Positions 57,150-64,000 of a DNA stretch of 64,000 bases are shown here, one piece after another (within the stretch, counting starts at the first letter, position 1; the number at the start of each line of letters is the position of its first letter). Made by a program: the position numbers and the translations under genes. This stretch comes from Actinomycetota bacterium. GTDB taxonomy: Bacteria > Actinomycetota > Geothermincolia > Geothermincolales > RBG-13-55-18. The stretch spans positions 195,261 to 259,260 of the forward strand of contig JACIXB010000011.1 of the NCBI GenBank assembly GCA_014360685.1, read 5' to 3'. Below the pieces are notes generated by a model. It was not told the origin of the DNA. It worked only from the letters and a program-made list of their open reading frames with translations, and made no database searches.

Positions 57150-57152
57150 GGC

Positions 57153-58874
57153 ATGACTCCCGAGGAGAGGCGGATGTACCTTCGCCGGGCGTGGCTGGCC
57201 TGGCGCCTGGCCCGCTCCCTGGCGCTTTTCCTGGCCGACGAATACCGCCGCGGTACGCTGCGCCGGAACCTCCGCAGTATCCGGGAGGCGAGGGGCCTGT
57301 CCCTGGCCCGGGACATGTCCCACGCCGAGCTCCTGGAGGAAAAGGCCGAGAGGCACGGCCACCGGCCTTTCCTCCGCTTCCAGGACCGGGTTTTCACCTA
57401 CCGGGAGATGAACCTCAACGCCAACCGGGTTGCCAATTTTCTCCAACAACTGGGAGGCGGCCCCGGGGTGGGCCTGGCCGTCATGATGAAGAATTCGCCC
57501 CGCTGGCTGGACGTCTTCTTCGGGCTGGAGAAGCTGGGGATGTACGCCGTGCCCGTGAACACCGCCCTGCGGGGGGACCAGCTGGCCTATGTCCTGGACA
57601 ACTCCGACGCCTCCATGGCGGTCGTGGACCACGACCTGCTTCCCTATTATCTCGCCGTCGCGGACCGCCTGGTGAAGGTGAAGAAGGTGGTGGTCAACCG
57701 TGAAGGGGCTCCGCCGGATTTCCGTTTGCCCGAGGGCGTGGAGGACCTCGACCCGGCCTACGGGCCGGGTTCCGACCCTTCCCAGCCGGCGGTGACCTAC
57801 AATCCGGAGGATTTGTGCGTCATCATGTACACCTCGGGGACCACGGGGCTCCCCAAGGGGGTTGTCTACCGTTACAACAACACCAACGTCAAGGCCATCT
57901 CCATAATAGGCCGCCTGCTCACCGGCCGGAGGGACGTGGCCTACACCTGCTATCCCCTCTTCCACGCCAACGCCCTCTTCCTCACCGTGACCCCGGCCAT
58001 GCACTGCGGGGCGCAGGTGGCCCTGGGGGTGAAGTTCAGCGCCAGCCGCTTCTGGGAAGAGATCCGCAGGCATGGCGCCACCACTTTCAACGGGCTGGGA
58101 GCGGTCATGCCCATCCTCATGAAACAACCCCCCAGGCCCTCAGACCGGGACCACCGGGTGCGCTTCGTCCTCTCCGCCGGTTGCCCGGCGGACATGTGGG
58201 AGGATTTCGAGAGGCGTTTCGGGGTGAGGATCTTCGAGGGTTACGGGGCGGTGGACGGCGGCGGGGTGTTGATCACCAACTTCGGGACCGCCCCCGTGGG
58301 TTCCATGGGCAAACCGCTGGGGGCCAGGTGCCGGATCATCGATGCCGAGGGCAAGGACGTGCCCCCGGGAACCCCCGGCGAGCTCATCTGCTACGTGGGG
58401 GAGCGGAGGGGCTCGGTGGAGTACTACAAGAACCCGGAGGCCACCAGCGACAAGGTACGGGACGGCTGGCTGTACACCGGGGACCTGGTCTACGCCGATG
58501 AGAAGGGCTACATCTACTTCGTGGGGCGCAACACGGAGTCCATGCGCGTCAAGGGGGAGAACGTCTCCGCCTACGAGGTGGAGCAGGCCATCCTCCAGCA
58601 CCCCGACGTGCTGGAATGCGCCGTTTACGCCGTGCCCTCCGAGCTGGCGGAGGACGAGATCATGGCCACCTTGGTGCCCGTGGAGGGAAAGACCCTGGAC
58701 CCCGCCTCCATGCCCGGTTTCCTCTCCGACAAGCTGGCCAAGTTCGCCATCCCGCGGTACTGGCGGGTGGTGGCAGAACTTCCCAAGACGGAGACACACC
58801 GGGTGATCAAGAAGGAGCTGGAGAGGCTGGGAGTGACCCCGGACACCTACGACGCCCGGCCGGGCGGGAGGTGA
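57153..58874 (+). CDS. AMP-dependent acyl-CoA synthetase/ligase (FadD-like)
   Basis: 'IMYTSGTTGLPKG', 'GYGAVDGG', 'YTGDLVY.DEKGY..FVGR', 'GENVSAYEVE'. Confidence 0.9.
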   Translation: MTPEERRMYLRRAWLAWRLARSLALFLADEYRRGTLRRNLRSIREARGLSLARDMSHAELLEEKAERHGHRPFLRFQDRVFTYREMNLNANRVANFLQQLGGGPGVGLAVMMKNSPRWLDVFFGLEKLGMYAVPVNTALRGDQLAYVLDNSDASMAVVDHDLLPYYLAVADRLVKVKKVVVNREGAPPDFRLPEGVEDLDPAYGPGSDPSQPAVTYNPEDLCVIMYTSGTTGLPKGVVYRYNNTNVKAISIIGRLLTGRRDVAYTCYPLFHANALFLTVTPAMHCGAQVALGVKFSASRFWEEIRRHGATTFNGLGAVMPILMKQPPRPSDRDHRVRFVLSAGCPADMWEDFERRFGVRIFEGYGAVDGGGVLITNFGTAPVGSMGKPLGARCRIIDAEGKDVPPGTPGELICYVGERRGSVEYYKNPEATSDKVRDGWLYTGDLVYADEKGYIYFVGRNTESMRVKGENVSAYEVEQAILQHPDVLECAVYAVPSELAEDEIMATLVPVEGKTLDPASMPGFLSDKLAKFAIPRYWRVVAELPKTETHRVIKKELERLGVTPDTYDARPGGR

Positions 58875-59033
58875 CGGGAAGGGCAATCTCACCGTGCTGC
58901 CAGGTAGGCCCAAGGCCGGAACGCGGATGTGGGTGGGAAGGCGATGGGAGGCGCATTTCGAAGCCGGGAAGGCAGGCGGGCGCCGCGGGGAGAGAGCCGC
59001 GGATACCGGGCGTTTGAGGGATAAGGAGGAGCG

Positions 59034-60278
59034 ATGGGAAACGACGTCTACATCCTCGGAGTGGGCATGATCCGCTTCGGCAAGTACGCCGAGAAGAGCA
59101 TCAAGCAGCTCACCGCCGAGGCCCTGCAGGCCCTTTGGGAGGATTTCCCCGTGGACAAGAGGGACATCCAGGCGGCCTGGTTCTCCAACTCGGGGTGGGG
59201 GATGAACACCGGCCAGCACTGCATCCGCGGGCAGGTAGCCCTGTCACCCCTGGGCATCCAGGGCATCCCCATCGTCAACGTGGAGAACGCCTGCGCCGGG
59301 GGTTCCACCGCCCTGCGCGAGGCCTGGTTGAGCGTCAAGGCGGAGCAGTTCGACCTGGTACTGGCGGTGGGGGCGGAGAAGACCTGGTTCCCGGAGGACA
59401 AGGCCAAGATGTTCGAGGGTTTCCTCTCCGGCATGGACGTGGAGTTCGCCCACAAGGTCATCGAGGCCTTCCAGGCCGACGCCGCCCGCAAGGCCCGGGA
59501 GGCGGGGGCGGAGGGGAAGGAGAAGAAGGGAGGCCATTCCGGCTTCATGGATGTCTATGCCATGGGCGCCCGTGCCCACATGCAGAGATATGGAACCACC
59601 CAGAGGCAGCTGGCGGTCATCGCCGCCAAGAACCACCGCCATGGTTCCCTCAACCCCCTGGCCCAGTACCAGAGGGACATGAGCGTGGAGGAAGTCCTGG
59701 AGGACGTCCTGGTGGCCTATCCCCTCACCCGTTCCATGTGCGCACCCATTGGGGACGGGGCGGCGGCAGCTCTCCTCGGATCGGAGAGGGCCCTCGAGAA
59801 GTATCCCCATGCCCGGCCGGTGCGCATCCGGGCCTCCGTCCTGGCCTCGGGCTCCCTTCCCGGGTCGGGTTTGGAATCCATCGGGCGCCGGCTGAGCCGG
59901 GAGGCGTACGAGAAGGCCGGGTTGGGGCCGGAGGAAGTGGACGTGGCCGAGGTGCACGACGCCACGGCCTTCGGGGAGCTCATGCAGTACGAGGAGCTGG
60001 GCTTCTGCCCCGAGGGGGAGGGAGGCCCCTTCGCCGAGAGCGGGGCCACCGCCCTCGGGGGGAAGCTGCCCGTGAACACCAGCGGGGGCCTGGAGTGCCG
60101 CGGGCATCCCATCGGGGCCTCGGGTATCGCCCAGGTTTACGAGCTAGTCCTCCAGCTCCGGGGGGAGGCGGGACCCCGCCAGGTGGAGAGGGCGCGCATC
60201 GCCCTGGCGGAGAACGGCGGTGGGTTCATAGGCCTGGGGGAGGCGGCCATGTGCATCCATATCCTGGAAAGAGTTTAA
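59034..60278 (+). CDS. SCP-x/lipid-transfer-type thiolase (thiolase-like acyltransferase)
   Basis: 'NVENACAGGSTAL' (nucleophile Cys), 'EVHDATAF', 'VNTSGGLECRGHPIGASG'. AAGGAGGAG upstream. Confidence 0.88.
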   Translation: MGNDVYILGVGMIRFGKYAEKSIKQLTAEALQALWEDFPVDKRDIQAAWFSNSGWGMNTGQHCIRGQVALSPLGIQGIPIVNVENACAGGSTALREAWLSVKAEQFDLVLAVGAEKTWFPEDKAKMFEGFLSGMDVEFAHKVIEAFQADAARKAREAGAEGKEKKGGHSGFMDVYAMGARAHMQRYGTTQRQLAVIAAKNHRHGSLNPLAQYQRDMSVEEVLEDVLVAYPLTRSMCAPIGDGAAAALLGSERALEKYPHARPVRIRASVLASGSLPGSGLESIGRRLSREAYEKAGLGPEEVDVAEVHDATAFGELMQYEELGFCPEGEGGPFAESGATALGGKLPVNTSGGLECRGHPIGASGIAQVYELVLQLRGEAGPRQVERARIALAENGGGFIGLGEAAMCIHILERV

Positions 60279-60367
60279 AGGATTGTTCGAGCAAAAGCCC
60301 CGAGGTATTCAAGGGAAATATTGGTATAACACGAGCAGGGCTGCCGGCTTCGGACCGTTTTCCGGGA

Positions 60368-61519
60368 ATGAGAGGGGTGATGGGATTGATCGGCATGAGC
60401 GAGGAACTGAGGCTGCTGGAAGGCATGGCCAGGGACTTCGCCCACAAGGAGCTGGTGGAGGGGAGGGAGGAGCGCGACCGTTATCCCTTCGCGCCCCTCT
60501 TCGAGGAAGTCCTGGCCAAGGCCCACGAGGTGGGATTTTTTACCATCCTTTCCCCGGAGGAGACGGGGGGCGCCGCGGAGCCCGTCCAGGCCCTCTGCCT
60601 GGTGCTGGAGGAGCTCTGCCGGGAGGACGCCAGCCTGGGAGGGGCGGTTTTCACCGCCGCGCTTTCCCAGGAGCTCCTGCGGCAGTCCGGGTCTGAGGAG
60701 GCTTTTAAGAAAGCCAGTGCCGGGGCGGCTTCCCCACGGGAGGTCCTGCCGGCCTTCCCCTCCTTCCACAACCCCTCCGACACCCCCTTATCCCTCCAGG
60801 CCGTTGAGGAAGGCGGCGCCTACCGGCTCACCGGGAAGGCGGAGTTCGTGGTGCTGGGGAACGTCGCCAGCCTGGCCCTTCTCCCCGCGGGTTCCGCTGA
60901 TAGCGGTTGGTCGCTATACCTGGTGGATCTGAGGGGGGAGGGGGTTGAGATCGGCGAACCCTTGCTCAGCCTGGGGCTGCACGCCTGCCCGGCGGTGGAC
61001 CTCCTTCTCCACGGCGCTACCGGCGAGCTAGTGGGGGAGGAGGGAAAGGGAGAGGGATACTTCGAGGCCGCCGTGGACCGCCTGAGCGTGGCCGCCGCCG
61101 CCGCTTCCTGCGGGGTGATGAAGGGATCCTTTGAGACGGCGCTGGATTACGCGCGCCAGAGGATACAGGGAGGGAGGGAGATCGTCAACTGGTCGGAGGT
61201 GCGCATGATCCTCTCCTCCATGGCCGTGCGGGCCAAGGCGGCGGAGATGCTGGTGCGCCGGGCGGCCGCGGCCGTGGACGCCGCAAGCCCGGGATGGGCC
61301 CTGGCCTCCCGGGCCGCCGCCCTGCAGGTCCAGGAGGCGGCCACGGAGGTCACCTGCGACGGCATACAGCTCCTGGGCGGCAACGGTTACATGCAGGACT
61401 ACGGGCAGGAGAAGCGCTTCCGCGACGCCAAGCAGCTGCAGGCGCTCCTGGGGACGGCACCGCTGCGGAAGCTCCGCTACATACGGCGCGTGGTGGACGG
61501 GGAAAGACCGTGGGCCTGA
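60368..61519 (+). CDS. Acyl-CoA dehydrogenase-family protein lacking the usual C-terminal catalytic Glu (putative non-catalytic partner subunit)
   Basis: ACAD fold ('ARDFAHKEL', 'DYARQRIQGGREI', 'LLGGNGYMQDYGQEKRFRDAK') but 'ALLGT' where 'IYEGT' is expected. Start at 60368, 60380 or 60395 unresolved. Confidence 0.78.
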   Translation: MRGVMGLIGMSEELRLLEGMARDFAHKELVEGREERDRYPFAPLFEEVLAKAHEVGFFTILSPEETGGAAEPVQALCLVLEELCREDASLGGAVFTAALSQELLRQSGSEEAFKKASAGAASPREVLPAFPSFHNPSDTPLSLQAVEEGGAYRLTGKAEFVVLGNVASLALLPAGSADSGWSLYLVDLRGEGVEIGEPLLSLGLHACPAVDLLLHGATGELVGEEGKGEGYFEAAVDRLSVAAAAASCGVMKGSFETALDYARQRIQGGREIVNWSEVRMILSSMAVRAKAAEMLVRRAAAAVDAASPGWALASRAAALQVQEAATEVTCDGIQLLGGNGYMQDYGQEKRFRDAKQLQALLGTAPLRKLRYIRRVVDGERPWA

Positions 61520-61532
61520 GGGGGTGAGGGAC

Positions 61533-63065
61533 ATGTCGAGAAAGGGCGGATCCTCGACGCTGCTCCGGGAATTCCCGGATTTCGAGGAAACCATGCAAAG
61601 CCTGGCGGCCATGGAAAGGATGCCCAGGGGAGTGGTGGAGGAGTGCCGCGAGGCGGTGGCCCTGGCGCGGCGCTTCAACCGCACCGTGGCCCGGAACTAC
61701 GCCCTGGAGTTGGACCGCCGCATGCAGGAGGACCCCGCCTACCTCCCCTGGGAGCTGGTGGAGGAGGCCAACCGCTGGGGTTTCTTCACCATGTGGATCC
61801 CCAAGCTCTTCGGGGGCAAGGGGTGGAGCCTGTCCAGCATCGCCCCCTTCGTGGAGGAGCTGGCCTCGGAGTGCCTGGCCATCACCAACCTGATCGGCGT
61901 GCATTACTTCGGCTTTTCCATCCTGGCGGCCACCTGGAACGTCCGCCTCATCGACATGATCAGCCGCGAGGTGGCGGAGGGCGAGAGGACCGGGAAGCCC
62001 TGCCTGGTATCGGGCGCGGTGACCGAGCCGGAGGCGGGTACGGACGCCGAGGAGGTGGAACTCCTGGCCCGGGCCAGGGTGCGCTGCCAGGCCCGGAGGG
62101 TGGAGGGGGGTTACGTGGTCAACGGGCGCAAGATATTCATCTCCAACGGCCACCTCTCCACTTGGCACATCCTCATCGCCTACGAGGACCTGGAACGCCC
62201 GGACGAGACCATGATCGCCTTCGCGGTGAAGAACGGCACGCCGGGGTTCTCCTTCGGGCGCATGGAGAAGAAGATGGGCCAGAAGGGATGCCCGGCCAGC
62301 GAGCTGGTCTTCGAGGACTGCTTCATTCCCGATGAGTACATGCTGGTCGCCGCCTCCCGGCTGGAGGAGATGGGATTGCTCTCCCGGGCGGCCAGGAAGG
62401 CCGAGAGGGGCCCCAGGGAATTGGGGATGCAGCTCATAGACTTCGTGGTCTCCGCCACCCGGCCGGGGGTGGGGGCCATGGGAGCGGGCGTGGCCCGGGG
62501 GGCCTTCGAGCTGGCCCTGCAGTTCGCCAGGGAGACGGAAGTAGGAGGCAAGCCGCTGGTGAACCATGAGTGGGCCCAGTGCCTGCTGGCGGAGATGTAC
62601 GTGAACGCCGCCTTGGCCCGGCTCTCCTACATGGAGGCCAATTACGCCAACAGCATGCACGGCATGGCGCGCCTGCTCGGATTCAAGCCCCTCTATTACT
62701 ATCACCGGGCTTTGCCCACCTCCGTTTTCGACCGCTTCATGCCCGCGGCCAACAGGAGGGACGCGGTGACCACGGCTTTCCGCCTCCTGGTCGTGGCGGG
62801 GCAGGGAGAGGAGCAGGAACGGGTGGCCTCGGGATGGGCTTCCCTGGCCAAGGTGGCGGGCACCGACCTGGGGGTGAGGAACTGCCAGCTGGCCCTGGAG
62901 CTCATGGGCCAGGCCGGCCTGCGCCACGACCGGCGGGCGGAGAAGTGCCTGCGGGACGCCAAGCTCCTGCAGATCTACGAGGGGACCAACCAGCTCAACC
63001 GCCTGAATATCTTCAAGTGCCTGGTGGCGCCGGCGGCCCCCGAGGCGCAGGTATTCCAGGATTGA
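61533..63065 (+). CDS. Acyl-CoA dehydrogenase (long form, catalytic Glu present)
   Basis: 'SGAVTEPEAGTD', 'NGRKIFISNG', 'EKCLRDAKLLQIYEGTNQLNR'. GTG at 61524 is an alternative start. Confidence 0.85.
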   Translation: MSRKGGSSTLLREFPDFEETMQSLAAMERMPRGVVEECREAVALARRFNRTVARNYALELDRRMQEDPAYLPWELVEEANRWGFFTMWIPKLFGGKGWSLSSIAPFVEELASECLAITNLIGVHYFGFSILAATWNVRLIDMISREVAEGERTGKPCLVSGAVTEPEAGTDAEEVELLARARVRCQARRVEGGYVVNGRKIFISNGHLSTWHILIAYEDLERPDETMIAFAVKNGTPGFSFGRMEKKMGQKGCPASELVFEDCFIPDEYMLVAASRLEEMGLLSRAARKAERGPRELGMQLIDFVVSATRPGVGAMGAGVARGAFELALQFARETEVGGKPLVNHEWAQCLLAEMYVNAALARLSYMEANYANSMHGMARLLGFKPLYYYHRALPTSVFDRFMPAANRRDAVTTAFRLLVVAGQGEEQERVASGWASLAKVAGTDLGVRNCQLALELMGQAGLRHDRRAEKCLRDAKLLQIYEGTNQLNRLNIFKCLVAPAAPEAQVFQD

Positions 63066-63265
63066 TCGGCGCATGTGAAGGGAAACCCCCGACGGGGATG
63101 GTGGTGAAGGGCTGCCCGACAAAGTAATACCGTCCGGGTCGGCGTGCCTTGGAGGCTAAAAGCCTACGGGGCGTCTGGTCGGCTTCGCGGGGAGGAGGCC
63201 GCTACGTTAAGGGGGCCGGGATCTCCATGGGTCCTTCCCGTCGCGGTGCTTGGAAAGGAGGGATC

Positions 63266-64000
63266 ATGACGTCGACTTCGGTTGAGGAGAAGAAGCGGGG
63301 AAGAAAAGCGGGTTCCGGAGAGATGTACACCTGGCACGAGGGCATGGATTGGAACCCCGTGGAGAAGGTCATCCTGGAGAGGCGCAGCGTGCGCAAGTAC
63401 CGGGACGAGCAGGTCCCGGAGAAGCTGGTGAGGCGCGTACTGGAGGCGGGCCGGTTCGCCCCCTCGGCGGGCAATTCCCAGCCCTGGAGATTCGTGGTGG
63501 TACGCGACAGGGACATGCTGGATGAGATGGAAAAATATGTAAGATTAAGGTGCCGCGTGCTCAAGTTCATGCTGGACTGGGAGAGCAGCCCCTTGGGGAG
63601 GTTGTCCTGGTTGCTGGCCCAGGCGTACATCAGGCTGATGCCCAACAAGCTGCACCCCATCCCCTTCGGGGCCATCAGGCTCATCGCCGACGGAAAGCTC
63701 AAGCTCTTTCACGGCGCGCCCACGGTGATCTTCATCCTGGAGGACGTGCGCGGGGTGTCCAAGCCCCAGGTGGACATCGGGATCTGCGGGCAGAACATGG
63801 TCCTGGCGGCGCATTCCCTGGGACTGGGGACCTGCTGGGTGGGCTTCGTGGAGCTCTTCAAGTTCGGCACCAAGTGGAAGAAGAAACTGGGCATCGGATG
63901 GCCCTACCGCCTGATCGAAGCCATCGCCCTGGGCTACCCCGTGGGCCGGCCAGACGGGATGGTGGCCCGGGAGCTGCACGAGATCGACTGGTGGGAAGGC
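63266..64000 (+). CDS. Nitroreductase-family protein (3' end beyond the window)
   Basis: Absent from the ORF track because it has no stop codon. The frame is open from ATG at 63266 (after AAAGGAGGGA) to the window end. 'ILERRSVRKY', 'APSAGNSQPWRFVVV', 'GLGTCWVG'. Confidence 0.8.
   Translation, partial: MTSTSVEEKKRGRKAGSGEMYTWHEGMDWNPVEKVILERRSVRKYRDEQVPEKLVRRVLEAGRFAPSAGNSQPWRFVVVRDRDMLDEMEKYVRLRCRVLKFMLDWESSPLGRLSWLLAQAYIRLMPNKLHPIPFGAIRLIADGKLKLFHGAPTVIFILEDVRGVSKPQVDIGICGQNMVLAAHSLGLGTCWVGFVELFKFGTKWKKKLGIGWPYRLIEAIALGYPVGRPDGMVARELHEIDWWEG

Noticed and set aside
59135-61519. 794-aa plus-strand ORF
   Set aside because: Only its last 384 or so codons (from about 60368) read as an acyl-CoA dehydrogenase. 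The upstream part is an alternative frame of the thiolase gene with a G/R/P-rich nonsense translation.
61350-63122. 590-aa minus-strand ORF, with the similar 48040..49659 and 10009..11109 minus-strand ORFs
   Set aside because: These are antisense to the ACAD, radA and pilT genes respectively, and have no motifs. Same GC-driven artefact.
1-64000. Prophage, transposon, integron or defence-island content
   Set aside because: I recognised no integrase, transposase, recombinase, phage structural gene, restriction-modification gene, toxin-antitoxin pair or cas gene in any frame. The only compositional anomaly is the 55.4-56.0 kb gap, reported separately.

Overview
GC-rich bacterial chromosomal segment (roughly two-thirds G+C by eye), densely coding on both strands. 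I support about 55 protein genes and recognised no rRNA, tRNA, CRISPR array, transposase or integrase. Most of it is Gram-positive-style housekeeping: rho-rpmE-DUF1385-prfA-prmC, greA-lysS, clpC, radA-disA-carD-PIN/TRAM-ispD-ispF, lysA, hom-thrC, nfo, and padR-ino1 (an actinobacterial-looking pairing). Lineage cannot be fixed from sequence alone; a deep-branching, possibly thermophilic Actinomycetota- or Bacillota-like organism is plausible. Less ordinary content, in window order: (1) a signalling island with a receiver-only response regulator, a GAF/PAS histidine kinase, an orphan ChlI/ChlD AAA+-VWA fusion, and a STAS protein next to a GAF-PP2C-HATPase phosphatase/kinase fusion; (2) an archaeal-flavoured carbon and solute block with an HPS-RraA-like fusion, an ApgM-type mutase-like gene after thrC, a cyclic-2,3-diphosphoglycerate synthetase plus 2-phosphoglycerate kinase pair, and Fsa/Tal; (3) a fused ADP-forming acyl-CoA synthetase followed 5 nt downstream by a stand-alone Pta-N-terminal (DRTGG) domain gene; (4) a TetR-headed lipid cluster with an acyl-CoA ligase, an SCP-x-type thiolase, an acyl-CoA dehydrogenase pair in which one member lacks the usual catalytic Glu, and a nitroreductase. 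Several noncoding oddities are directly visible: a perfect 69-bp direct repeat pair, 13-bp and 14-bp tandem repeats, AT-rich islands carrying perfect palindromes, a duplicated TetR 3' end, and a low-GC gap of about 0.6 kb with no convincing gene. All functional calls come from motif recognition by eye in the supplied translations. Many long ORFs in the track are antisense or off-frame artefacts of high GC and were rejected.
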